A stretch of DNA of 46,673 nt from an uncultured Flavobacteriaceae bacterium (GTDB lineage Bacteria > Bacteroidota > Bacteroidia > Flavobacteriales > Flavobacteriaceae), in NCBI GenBank assembly GCA_964448645.1, contig CAYUZY010000001.1:1-46673 (forward strand), written 5' to 3'. The notes beneath the pieces were generated by a model. That model had not been told where the DNA came from. It was given only the letters and a program-made list of their open reading frames with translations, and did not search any database. The position numbers and the translations under genes were made by a program. Positions 37,446 to 46,363 of this stretch are shown piece by piece (position 1 is the stretch's first letter; every line of letters begins with the position of its first letter).

Positions 37446-38717
37446 ATGAATATATTGGTTTTAGGTGGAGGGGGAAGAGAAAATGCTTTTTGTTGGAAAT
37501 TATCAAAAAGTAAATTAGTAAATAAAATTTTTGCTGCACCTGGAAATGCAGGCACAGAACTTTATGCTGAAAATTATAATATTTCTGTTAATGATTTTAA
37601 AAAGATTAAGTCTTTAGTCATAGATAAAAAAATTAAAATGGTTCTAGTAGGGCCAGAAGAACCTCTTGTTAGAGGCATTCATGATTTTTTTTTAAATGAT
37701 GATTTTCTTAAAGACGTACATTTAATTGGTCCTCAAAAACAAGGAGCACTTTTGGAAGGGAGTAAATCATTTGCAAAAGAATTTATGAAAAGAAATAATA
37801 TTCCTACAGCAAAATATTTAAAAGTCAATGAGAATAATATTGATGAAGGAAATCTTTTTCTAGAGAATTTATTTCCTCCCTATGTTTTAAAAGCAGATGG
37901 ACTTGCAGCTGGCAAAGGGGTCTTAATTATAAATAATTTGGATGAAGCTAAAATAGAATTAAAAAGAATGTTAATTGATCAAAAATTTGGCGAAGCATCA
38001 AAAAATGTTGTAATAGAGGAGTTTCTTGATGGCATTGAATTATCTTGTTTTGTTCTTACTGATGGAAAAAATTATATAACCCTTCCCATGGCAAAAGATT
38101 ATAAAAAAATAGGAGAAGGTGATATTGGATTGAATACTGGGGGAATGGGAGCTATTTCTCCAGTTCCTTTTGTTTCAAAAGTATTTAAGAATAAAATTGA
38201 TAAAGAAATTATAAAACGAACTATTAAAGGATTTAATAAGGAAAAAATACCTTTTAGAGGGTTTCTTTTTATTGGTTTAATTAAGGTTAAAGACAAGCCA
38301 AAAGTTATAGAATATAATGTTAGAATGGGAGATCCTGAAACGGAGGTAGTTTTACCAAGAATTAAAAATGATTTTGGAGAAATATTAACCTCTCTTGTTA
38401 CAAATAAATTAAAATTTGTTAAAATGGAGTTTTTTAATGATTCTGCGGCTACTATAGTTTCTGTATCTCAAGGATATCCTGGAAAATATGAAAAAGGTAA
38501 AGAAATAAAGGGTCTTGATAAAAACACTGAAAGTATTATATTTCATTGTGGAACAATAAAAAGCTCAAAAAAGGTTTTAACTAGTGGAGGAAGAGTTTTA
38601 GCTGTGACCTCTTTTGGAAAAGATTTTAAATTAGCGTTATCTAAATCTTATTCATTTCTAAAAAACATTAAGTATGAAGGTATTTACTATAGAAAGGATA
38701 TAGGTTTTGATTTGTAA
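37446..38717 (+). CDS. purD: phosphoribosylamine--glycine ligase
   Basis: MNILVLGGGGRENA, ATP-grasp core, NVRMGDPETEV and TSGGRVLAV motifs. 423 aa. Confidence 0.96.
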   Translation: MNILVLGGGGRENAFCWKLSKSKLVNKIFAAPGNAGTELYAENYNISVNDFKKIKSLVIDKKIKMVLVGPEEPLVRGIHDFFLNDDFLKDVHLIGPQKQGALLEGSKSFAKEFMKRNNIPTAKYLKVNENNIDEGNLFLENLFPPYVLKADGLAAGKGVLIINNLDEAKIELKRMLIDQKFGEASKNVVIEEFLDGIELSCFVLTDGKNYITLPMAKDYKKIGEGDIGLNTGGMGAISPVPFVSKVFKNKIDKEIIKRTIKGFNKEKIPFRGFLFIGLIKVKDKPKVIEYNVRMGDPETEVVLPRIKNDFGEILTSLVTNKLKFVKMEFFNDSAATIVSVSQGYPGKYEKGKEIKGLDKNTESIIFHCGTIKSSKKVLTSGGRVLAVTSFGKDFKLALSKSYSFLKNIKYEGIYYRKDIGFDL

Positions 38718-38745
38718 GATTTTTATAAATTTTCTATTTTTTTAA

Positions 38746-39681
38746 ATGATAGCTGAAGTTTTTCAAAAAACAACTTTAAAATCATACTTTGCCAGTATTA
38801 TTTTAAGTTTTCTGACGATTATTTTTATTCATTATTGTAAAAATAATGGAACTATAAGTATAGACCTTTTTCCTAAAATAATTATTTTTTGGATTTTATT
38901 TTCAGGAATAATTTTTTTAATTGGTTATTTAGAAAACAAAAACGCTGTAAATACTTTTAGGGCGATTCATTTATTATCTTTTCCCTTATTATATTTGTTC
39001 TTTCCACATGGAAAAGAATTAGTTTTTTCTAAAGTTTTAATTGCTGTTCTTATAATTTTTTCAAAATATAGTTATAGTAGAATTTTTAATGAAAATAAAT
39101 CTTATCTACGCTTATTTGATTTGTCTTTTATAATAGTCTTGTTGATTTTATACAATAAATATTTTAGTCTATTTTTGATTATACCAATAACAGTGCTTTT
39201 TTATCAAAAAAATAGAGATTTAAAACATTTAGTTTCGTTTTTGATTCCATTAATATCTTTGCCTCTAGTTACAGAAATTTTTTATAAAGTATTTTTTTAT
39301 GATAATAATTTTTTTTTAAATTTTAATTATTTGATAAATACATGGAAAATTCAAGAAAATCATTATTATTCAGAAGTTGTTTGGTTTTTCTCAATTTTTA
39401 TTGCGATTCTTTCAAGTATTTTATTTATGCCTAGAAGATTTGAAAAAATTAAATATCAAGGCTTTATTTTTATGATGTTTTGGCTTTATATAGCTATAAT
39501 TATGGGACTTTTTGATCTACATAAAGGAGACGGAAAGTGGTTTTTAAGTTTTATTCCTGTTGCATATTTTTGTGGAATATTTATTGAAAAAATAAAATTA
39601 ATTAAAATTAAAAATATGATAATTTATTTATTGTTTTTTATTGGTGTTATTTTTAAATTGATTGAAAATAATATTATATAG
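38746..39681 (+). CDS. integral membrane protein, about 8-9 TM helices, function unknown
   Basis: 311 aa, highly hydrophobic and Phe/Ile-rich, with no catalytic motif recognised. It sits upstream of DUF4254 and GT9. Confidence 0.6.
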   Translation: MIAEVFQKTTLKSYFASIILSFLTIIFIHYCKNNGTISIDLFPKIIIFWILFSGIIFLIGYLENKNAVNTFRAIHLLSFPLLYLFFPHGKELVFSKVLIAVLIIFSKYSYSRIFNENKSYLRLFDLSFIIVLLILYNKYFSLFLIIPITVLFYQKNRDLKHLVSFLIPLISLPLVTEIFYKVFFYDNNFFLNFNYLINTWKIQENHYYSEVVWFFSIFIAILSSILFMPRRFEKIKYQGFIFMMFWLYIAIIMGLFDLHKGDGKWFLSFIPVAYFCGIFIEKIKLIKIKNMIIYLLFFIGVIFKLIENNII

Positions 39682-39690
39682 TTTAAGTAA

Positions 39691-40299
39691 ATGAAATATT
39701 TAAGTAATAAAGCTTTAAAGATTTTTAGAGAATCAGTTGATAAATATCATATAATTAATAAAGTTGATCAAAAATTTAATAATCCATATAGTGATAAAAG
39801 TTTATCTAATTTATTATATAAAAAAAACTGGATTGATACTGTTCAATGGCATCTAGAGGATATAATTAGGGATCCTTCAATTGATTCAAAAAAAGGGATG
39901 GAGATAAAAAGAAAAATTGATTTATCAAATCAAAAAAGAACAGATTTGGTAGAATATATTGATGACTATTTTTTAAATGTATTTAAAAAGATAAAAATTA
40001 AGAAAAATGCAACTTATAATTCAGAAACATTGGCATGGGCTTTAGATAGACTTTCTATTTTAGTTTTAAAAATATATCATATGAATGAAGAAGTGGAAAG
40101 AGATGAGGCATCTATTGAACATAAAGAAAAATGTAAGAATAAATTAGAAATATTAAATCTTCAAAAAGAAGATTTGTCAAAGGCTATTGATCAATTAATT
40201 TTTGATATTCAAAAAGGAATAAAATACATTAAAGTATATAAACAAATGAAAATGTATAATGATATTTCTCTTAATCCAATACTATATAAAAAAAAGTAG
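39691..40299 (+). CDS. DUF4254-like protein (function unknown, usually paired with a GT9 gene in Bacteroidota)
   Basis: 202 aa, soluble. The NWIDTVQWHLEDIIRDP motif and the pairing with the downstream GT9 match my memory of DUF4254. Confidence 0.6.
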   Translation: MKYLSNKALKIFRESVDKYHIINKVDQKFNNPYSDKSLSNLLYKKNWIDTVQWHLEDIIRDPSIDSKKGMEIKRKIDLSNQKRTDLVEYIDDYFLNVFKKIKIKKNATYNSETLAWALDRLSILVLKIYHMNEEVERDEASIEHKEKCKNKLEILNLQKEDLSKAIDQLIFDIQKGIKYIKVYKQMKMYNDISLNPILYKKK

Positions 40300-40311
40300 T
40301 TTTAAATTTAA

Positions 40312-41364
40312 ATGAAAAAAAATGAGAATATATTAGTTATTCGCTTTTCATCACTTGGAGACATTGCAATAATGGTTCCCCTTTTTAGAGTTCTTTTTAA
40401 AACTTATCCAAATCTTAATGTTACAATATTATCAAATAAAAAAACAGCTCCTGTTTTTTATGAATTTAAAAGACTAAAATTTTTTAATGTTGATTTTAAT
40501 AATAAACATAAAGGATTAATTGGTTTATGGGATCTATTTAAAGAGTTAAGAGTTTTGAATATTAACTGTATTGCTGATTTACATGCTGTAATTCGTTCAT
40601 ATATAATCGGCGGGTTCTTTAAATTTAATTTTTTTAAATTAAAAAGAATTAATAAAGGAAGAAGAGAAAAAAATGCCTTAACTAGACAAAAAAATAAAGT
40701 TTTTAAACCATTAACATCTACTTTATACAGATATTCTGATGTTTTTGGAAAATTAGGTTATCCAGTTGATTTTGTTAATCATGAATTTCCTGACAGACTA
40801 TCTATGCCAGAAAAATTAATTGACAAATATGATCAAAAAGAAAAATCTTTTATTGGTATTGCACCATTTGCTGCTCATGTTGGAAAAATTTATCCTCTTG
40901 ATTTAATGCAAAAGGTTATTGGTTATCTTGAAAAAGATTATAAAATTTTTCTTTTTGGTTTTGGTAAAAACCAAACAGCTAAATTAAATTTATGGGAAAA
41001 TGCTTTTTCAAATGTATACAATTGTTCAGAGAGACTTAATCTATCAGATCAGATCAAATTGATTTCGAATTTAAGTTTAATGATTTCAATGGATTCATTT
41101 AATGGTCATTTAGCTGCTAATGCAGGAATACCCGTGATAACTATATGGGGCATGACTCATCCTTTTTTGGGGTTTTCTCCTTTTTTACAGTCTGATTTAA
41201 ATCAAATAGTAATAGATAGAAATAAATTTAATTTAATTCCTACCTCAGTTTATGGAAATAAAATTCCGAAAGGATATGAAAACGTATTTAGGTCTATCTC
41301 TCCTTTAACTATTATAGAAAGAGCAAATAAAATATTAAATACTAAACATCATCAAAATCAATAA
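40312..41364 (+). CDS. glycosyltransferase family 9 (heptosyltransferase-like)
   Basis: NILVIRFSSLGDIAIMVP N-terminus and C-terminal MDSFNGHLAANAGIPVITIWG, typical of GT9. Confidence 0.85.
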   Translation: MKKNENILVIRFSSLGDIAIMVPLFRVLFKTYPNLNVTILSNKKTAPVFYEFKRLKFFNVDFNNKHKGLIGLWDLFKELRVLNINCIADLHAVIRSYIIGGFFKFNFFKLKRINKGRREKNALTRQKNKVFKPLTSTLYRYSDVFGKLGYPVDFVNHEFPDRLSMPEKLIDKYDQKEKSFIGIAPFAAHVGKIYPLDLMQKVIGYLEKDYKIFLFGFGKNQTAKLNLWENAFSNVYNCSERLNLSDQIKLISNLSLMISMDSFNGHLAANAGIPVITIWGMTHPFLGFSPFLQSDLNQIVIDRNKFNLIPTSVYGNKIPKGYENVFRSISPLTIIERANKILNTKHHQNQ

Positions 41365-42373
41365 CAATATTTTTTGACTTAGGAATAGATTGACATGTTA
41401 ATATTAATCCTTCTTTAATTTCTTGATCAGTTAATATTTGATTAGTTTTCATTTCTATTTCCCCTTTTTTAATTCTTGCAATACAAGAAGAGCAAATACC
41501 GCCTTGGCAAGAATAAGGGACATCAATATTATTATTCAAAATAGAATCTAACAGTATTTCAGAGGATTTAAAATTAATTTTATAAGAAGAACTATCATAA
41601 ATTATTTCTATCTGGCCTTCATTTAAAGAAGAAGATGTTATTTTAGAAACTTTATTTTCAAATAGTTCGGAAAAGATTTGTTCTGGATTTACCGTATTAT
41701 TAATTAGAATTTTTTTTAAAAATTCATTCATATTACCAGGGCCACATAAGTAATATAAATTATTTGAATATTGATTTGATATTACTTTAATTATATCAGA
41801 TTCATTAACTCTTCTGTTTTGAGAATTTTGAATTTTTACTTCAGTAAAAAACCAACTTATTTCAAATCTTTTTTTGTTTTTAAATTGTAATGATTTTAAT
41901 AATTCAAAGAACATTGTTTTCTCAGGAGATTTATTAACATATATTAAATGAATTTTATTTGAGTTTTTTTTGTCGAGAATAGATTTGATTATAGAAAGAA
42001 TAGGTGTAATTCCACTACCAGCAGCAATTGCAATTATTGAACTATTATATTTTTTTTTATATACAAATTTTCCTTCAGGATTTGAAACTCTTATATAATC
42101 TCCAGCTTTTAAGTTTTTATTTGCATAAGTTGAAAAAAGCCCTCCTTTAACTTTTTTTATTCCCACTTTTAAGAGATTCTCATCTGGTGATGAGCATATT
42201 GAATATGGTCTCCTTATAATTTTACCATTAATTTTCTTTTCTAGTGTAATATATTGACCTGGTTCAAAACAAAAAGTGTTTTTTAAATTTTCGGGAATTT
42301 CGAATGATAGAATGACTGAATCCGAAGTATTTTTTACAATGGATAGAATTTTCAAATCATTTAAAATGTTCAT
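41342..42373 (-). CDS. ferredoxin-NADP reductase-type flavoprotein fused to a plant-type 2Fe-2S ferredoxin domain (PaaE/PaaK-like)
   Basis: RPYSICS FAD motif, AAGSGITP NAD(P) motif and C-terminal CQGGICSSC...LTC cluster. I moved the start to ATG 42373 because TTG 42382 is the end of a -7 box. Confidence 0.85.
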   Translation of the reverse strand: MNILNDLKILSIVKNTSDSVILSFEIPENLKNTFCFEPGQYITLEKKINGKIIRRPYSICSSPDENLLKVGIKKVKGGLFSTYANKNLKAGDYIRVSNPEGKFVYKKKYNSSIIAIAAGSGITPILSIIKSILDKKNSNKIHLIYVNKSPEKTMFFELLKSLQFKNKKRFEISWFFTEVKIQNSQNRRVNESDIIKVISNQYSNNLYYLCGPGNMNEFLKKILINNTVNPEQIFSELFENKVSKITSSSLNEGQIEIIYDSSSYKINFKSSEILLDSILNNNIDVPYSCQGGICSSCIARIKKGEIEMKTNQILTDQEIKEGLILTCQSIPKSKNIVIDFDDV

Positions 42374-42379
42374 TAAAAG

Positions 42380-42387
42380 CAAAAATA
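42380..42387 (-). promoter_or_regulatory. -7 promoter box (TATTTTTG) abutting the reductase start; leaderless candidate
   Basis: Reverse complement of 42380-42387 is TATTTTTG. There are 6 nt to ATG 42373. Confidence 0.45.
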
Positions 42388-42459
42388 ATAATAATAGAAT
42401 TTTTAACTATAAAACATACTAAAAAAGACCTTTTTTAGTTATTAGGGTAAAGAATTAAA

Positions 42460-44910
42460 TTGCAGAATAAGACATCTTTATTATTAGTATTTTTTATTTT
42501 AATTTCTTGTTCAACTTCAAAAGACAGGTTTTTAAACAGAAAATACCATAAAGTAACTACAAAGTATAATGTTTTGTATAATGGAAAAGAGGCTTTTAAA
42601 ATTGGCAAAAAGATTTTAGAAGATGTATATGAGGATGATTTTTTTAATTTAATTTCTGTTGAACCAATTTTTTTAAGAGGTGAAAATATTGACAATTCAA
42701 CAATTATTCCAGGATTTCAAAGAGCTGAAGAAAAAGCTGTTAAATCAATTCAGAAACATTCAATGAATATAAAGGGCTACCAAAAAAATCCGTTGATAGA
42801 TGATTCATATATTCTTTTAGGCAAGGCAAGATATTTTGACAGAAGGTTTTTTCAGGCTTTAGAATCTTTTAATTACATAATGGAAAATTACTCTAATCCA
42901 AAAACTTATCTTGAAGCTAGAATCTGGAGAGAAAAGACAAATATAAGATTGAATAATAATGAATTGGCAATAAATAATCTTAGAGGAATATCCGAAAAAT
43001 TGATAAATAAAAGTAGTTTTTCTGGAATGTTAAATGCTTCATTAGCTCAAGCTTTTCTAAATAATAAAAGATTAGATTCGGCAAAATTTTTTATTAAAAA
43101 AGCAGCTATTAATGAAAAAAGTTTTAATTATAAATCAAGGTATTTTTTTATTACAGGACAACTTTTTGAAAAACTAAATAAAAAAGATTCTGCAATTTGG
43201 GCTTACAATAAGATCAAATTAATGAAAAGAAAAATTTCAAGAAAATTTTATATTAATTCTATATTAAAGCTTTTTATTTTAGATGAAAATGAAATTTTAG
43301 AAAATAAAAAAAATAAGATTAAAAGAGAACTAAAAAATTTTCAAAATCGTGAATTTAAACATTATTTATATTCAGGTTTAGCAAAAATTTTAAATAAAAA
43401 TGGACAGGACTCTTTGGCAAATAGATATTATTTGTTGTCTCAAAACTCTTCAAACATAGACATTTATACTAAAATTAATAATTATAACTCTATAATAGAT
43501 TACAATTTCAATAAAGGAGATTTTATTAATACGGGAAAATATATAGACAGTTTGATTGAACTATATAATCCAGAAGAAATAGAAAGAAAAATATTAAAAA
43601 GAAGAAAAGAAAGCTTATCTGATGTAATTAGATATGAAAAGATCATTAATGAAACAGATAGCATAATAAAATTGATTAAAATGAATCCTGAAGATAGATT
43701 TTCTTTTTTTTCATCATTAATTAAAGAAAGAAAAGAAAACGAGTTAGATTCTTTACAAAAGATTAAAAACAAAAAGAAGATTGGTTTTTTAAATTTTACT
43801 GATAAAAACAAATTTTATTTTTATAATTCTAATTTAATTCTTGCTGGGCAACAAAAATTTAGATCATTTTGGGGAAATAGACCCAATATAGATAATTGGA
43901 GAGTGATAAGTGATATTGCATCTTTAAAAACATATGGGAAAAAGATTAATAAAATTTTAAAAGAAAATAAAATAGCTTATGACACACCGGAATATTTAAT
44001 TTCTACTATTCCAACAAATAAAATTAAAATAGATAGTATAAATCAAATTAATGAAAATTCTTATCTGCAATTAGGCCTTATCTATAAACAAAGGTTTGAA
44101 AAGAATTTATTAGCAAGTGAAAGATTAGAAACCTTACTTAAAAAAACCCCATCGTCTAAGATTAAAGTTCAGGCACTATATCATTTATATAAAATTTATC
44201 AAAACAAAAATGATTCTTTAGAAAATTATTATAAGAGTATAATAGTTAATGAGTTTTCCAATACACCTTTTGCAATTTTATTAATAGATTCAAAGAATTA
44301 TAAGAATTTAGAAAAGGAAACCGTTGAAGGTTTATATAATAATTTATATCAGATGTATACTCAAGGAGAATATTTAGATTTATTGATAAAGATAAATCAA
44401 ATTAGCGCATTTATTAGTGGAACAAAATTTGAACCTAAACTTTCTCTTTTAAAAGCAAATGTTATTGGAAGAATATATGGAGTTTCTAGGTGGAAAAAAG
44501 AATTAGAAGTATTATCATTAAGTTATCCTGAATCAATTGAAGGAAAGTTTTCAAAAAAATTATTATTGAAGATTTCTAGTTCAAATGATTTAAAGGAAAA
44601 AAAAGTAAGTTATAAAAACTATAAATGGATTTTTGTTTTTAATAATAATGAAATTGATAGATTAAATATTTTTTATTCTAAAATAAAAAAAGTTTTAATT
44701 GATTCAAAAGTTGGATGGACTTTAAGTAAAGACTTTTATAATATTGAAAACTCTTTAATTGTAATTCATGGAATAAAAGATAAAAAGGAAAAAGATAAAT
44801 GGATAGCTGATTGGGTGGAAGAAACTAAATTTGTGTTAGAATCAAATAATTTTGTAGCTTTAGCGTCCGATTACAGAAATTGGATGAAAAATAAGATTTC
44901 TTTAAAATAA
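42460..44910 (+). CDS. large TPR-containing lipoprotein, probable type IX secretion component PorW/SprE
   Basis: TTG start and lipobox (LISCS). The N-terminal RFLNRKYHKVTTKYNVLYNGKEAF pattern is what I recall for SprE/PorW. 816 aa, TPR-like helical repeats, positioned upstream of bactofilin, atpZ and atpB. Confidence 0.65.
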   Translation: MQNKTSLLLVFFILISCSTSKDRFLNRKYHKVTTKYNVLYNGKEAFKIGKKILEDVYEDDFFNLISVEPIFLRGENIDNSTIIPGFQRAEEKAVKSIQKHSMNIKGYQKNPLIDDSYILLGKARYFDRRFFQALESFNYIMENYSNPKTYLEARIWREKTNIRLNNNELAINNLRGISEKLINKSSFSGMLNASLAQAFLNNKRLDSAKFFIKKAAINEKSFNYKSRYFFITGQLFEKLNKKDSAIWAYNKIKLMKRKISRKFYINSILKLFILDENEILENKKNKIKRELKNFQNREFKHYLYSGLAKILNKNGQDSLANRYYLLSQNSSNIDIYTKINNYNSIIDYNFNKGDFINTGKYIDSLIELYNPEEIERKILKRRKESLSDVIRYEKIINETDSIIKLIKMNPEDRFSFFSSLIKERKENELDSLQKIKNKKKIGFLNFTDKNKFYFYNSNLILAGQQKFRSFWGNRPNIDNWRVISDIASLKTYGKKINKILKENKIAYDTPEYLISTIPTNKIKIDSINQINENSYLQLGLIYKQRFEKNLLASERLETLLKKTPSSKIKVQALYHLYKIYQNKNDSLENYYKSIIVNEFSNTPFAILLIDSKNYKNLEKETVEGLYNNLYQMYTQGEYLDLLIKINQISAFISGTKFEPKLSLLKANVIGRIYGVSRWKKELEVLSLSYPESIEGKFSKKLLLKISSSNDLKEKKVSYKNYKWIFVFNNNEIDRLNIFYSKIKKVLIDSKVGWTLSKDFYNIENSLIVIHGIKDKKEKDKWIADWVEETKFVLESNNFVALASDYRNWMKNKISLK

Positions 44911-44921
44911 AAATTTATCAA

Positions 44922-45299
44922 ATGAATGATACAAATGGTCAATATAGTAGAATAGAAAAAGCAACAAGTGTCAATGGAAATATTATTTCAGAAACTGATC
45001 TTAGGATTGATGGTGTAATGGAGGGTACAGTTACTACAAAAGGGAAAATCATTATTGGCAAAGAAGCCAAAGTAAAGGGTGTTTTAAATTGTCAAAATGT
45101 TGAGATTGAAGGGTTTTTTAATGGCAATATTAATGTAATTGATAGTTTAAATTTAAAATCCACGTGTCAAATAGAAGGAGAGGTTAAGGTTGGAAAGTTA
45201 ATTGTTGAAGCCGGAGCTATTTTTAATGCAACTTGTTCTATGAGTAATGATTATGAGGGGGTAAAAACTTTAACAGAAAACCATGAAAAAACAGCCTAA
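44922..45299 (+). CDS. bactofilin family polymer-forming protein
   Basis: 125 aa with repeating beta-helix pattern (DLRIDGVMEGTV, KVKGVLNCQNVEIEG, QIEGEVKVGKLIVEAG). Confidence 0.85.
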   Translation: MNDTNGQYSRIEKATSVNGNIISETDLRIDGVMEGTVTTKGKIIIGKEAKVKGVLNCQNVEIEGFFNGNINVIDSLNLKSTCQIEGEVKVGKLIVEAGAIFNATCSMSNDYEGVKTLTENHEKTA

Positions 45300-45486
45300 T
45301 AAATGGTTAGTTTTTTCTTCTCTTTTTTTCCAGATTGCTATTATAATGTATGTTTTCATTAATATCGGGTCTTTTATTGACTCAAAATATAGCCCACATC
45401 AAAATTTTTATTCTTTAATTTTTTCTGCATTAGGAATAGTATTAATTTTATTTTTGATTTCAAATCAATCAAAAAGATTAAAATAG
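45283..45486 (+). CDS. AtpZ/AtpI family small membrane protein
   Basis: 67 aa with two TM helices. KQPNKWLVFSSLFFQIAIIM is typical, and the gene precedes the ATP synthase operon. Confidence 0.75.
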   Translation: MKKQPNKWLVFSSLFFQIAIIMYVFINIGSFIDSKYSPHQNFYSLIFSALGIVLILFLISNQSKRLK

Positions 45487-45849
45487 TTGATGTTAAAAGG
45501 TTTGCTGCCAGTCTCAATAAATTTGTTAATTATAATGGGAGTTACATTTATAATTCACATTTCTATAAGCTACAATTTTCAACCTAATTTTCTTTTAATT
45601 CAAAGTTATTTAATAAATACTTTTCTGGTTTTTATAAGTTTTTGGTTGTTACGGATTTTACATAAAAAAATAAACATCATTATTACTTATTTATCAACTA
45701 TTATAATTAAAGTTTCAGTATATTTTATTTTTTTTTATCCAATTTTTTATCAAGATACAGTTTTAAATAAAAAAGAATTTATGATTTTTTTTATACCTTA
45801 TTTTGCGGGATTAATTTCTGAAATATTTTCTTTTAAAAAAATATTTTAA
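45487..45849 (+). CDS. small 4-TM membrane protein of unknown function in the atp leader region
   Basis: 120 aa and hydrophobic. The start is TTG 45487 or the adjacent ATG 45490. Confidence 0.6.
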   Translation: MMLKGLLPVSINLLIIMGVTFIIHISISYNFQPNFLLIQSYLINTFLVFISFWLLRILHKKINIIITYLSTIIIKVSVYFIFFYPIFYQDTVLNKKEFMIFFIPYFAGLISEIFSFKKIF

Positions 45850-45917
45850 GTATAGAATTAGTTAAAAAAATTAAATAAAAAATTGTAACAATCATTTTAT
45901 TTTTTAACCTAATGCAT

Positions 45918-45925
45918 TACATTTG
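45918..45925 (+). promoter_or_regulatory. -7 promoter box (TACATTTG) for atpB
   Basis: TACATTTG with 24 nt to ATG 45950. Confidence 0.45.
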
Positions 45926-45949
45926 CGTTTTTCAACACAAATTGTATAA

Positions 45950-46363
45950 ATGACTGTGGTCAGAAGTAGATTTTTTATTTTTATTTTATTAATTATTAGT
46001 CATTTTGATGTTTATTCTAATGGATTAGAAAAAGACATTCAAGAGCTAGAAAAAGAAATAAAAGAGTATATAAATCATCACGTATTAGATTCACATGATT
46101 TTAATTTATTGAGCTATACTAGAGAAGATGGTTCCAAATTTTATTTTGGAATTCCCCTTCCTGTTATTTTATGGGATGAAGGATTAGTGATATTTTCTTC
46201 ATATAAATTTAATCATGGTGAAACTATAGCAAAATCAGGGACTAATTATTATAAGCTTTACCATGGCAATATATATAAAACTGATTCTTCTGGAAAAATA
46301 TATTATGATAAAGATAACCATGTTCAGAATAATTCTCCGCTTGATTTTTCTATTACAAAATGA
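45950..46363 (+). CDS. atpB: F0F1 ATP synthase subunit a, N-terminal (signal-anchor plus periplasmic) segment, ending at an in-frame TGA
   Basis: HHVLDSHDF...GIPLPVILWDEGLVIFSS...PLDFSITK matches the Bacteroidota-specific N-terminal extension of AtpB. The TGA is at 46361-46363. Confidence 0.8.
   Translation: MTVVRSRFFIFILLIISHFDVYSNGLEKDIQELEKEIKEYINHHVLDSHDFNLLSYTREDGSKFYFGIPLPVILWDEGLVIFSSYKFNHGETIAKSGTNYYKLYHGNIYKTDSSGKIYYDKDNHVQNNSPLDFSITK

Noticed and set aside
42452-42462. Whether the PorW-like TTG start (42460) is another -7 box artefact.
   Set aside because: The preceding sequence, TTAAATTG, does not match TAnnTTTG. No in-frame ATG follows before the signal peptide and lipobox, so TTG remains the best start.
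1478-43811. Twenty-one ORFs of 61-114 aa in the supplied track lie inside or antisense to the large genes: 1478-1762, 3039-3251, 3226-3474, 7465-7788, 13155-13385, 13850-14194, 14636-14929, 15852-16043, 16933-17118, 18047-18262, 19049-19267, 19981-20214, 21250-21441, 22003-22206, 25123-25362, 25234-25455, 29673-29873, 36673-36867, 38099-38296, 42435-42695 and 43500-43811.
   Set aside because: Each is fully contained in, or heavily overlaps, a confidently identified conserved gene in another frame or strand. Their translations are low-complexity and Phe/Leu/Ile/Ser-rich, as expected for shadow ORFs in AT-rich DNA.
46361-46363. Genome-wide TGA reassignment (code 4 or 25) or selenocysteine as the explanation for the atpB TGA.
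   Set aside because: TGA ends rbfA, the S8 peptidase, rnr, the DUF4837-like gene and ybeY at normal protein lengths, four of them just after or overlapping the next ATG. Trp is encoded by TGG throughout. The downstream sequence is AT-rich with no SECIS-like hairpin, and the position is not Cys in the homologues I recall.
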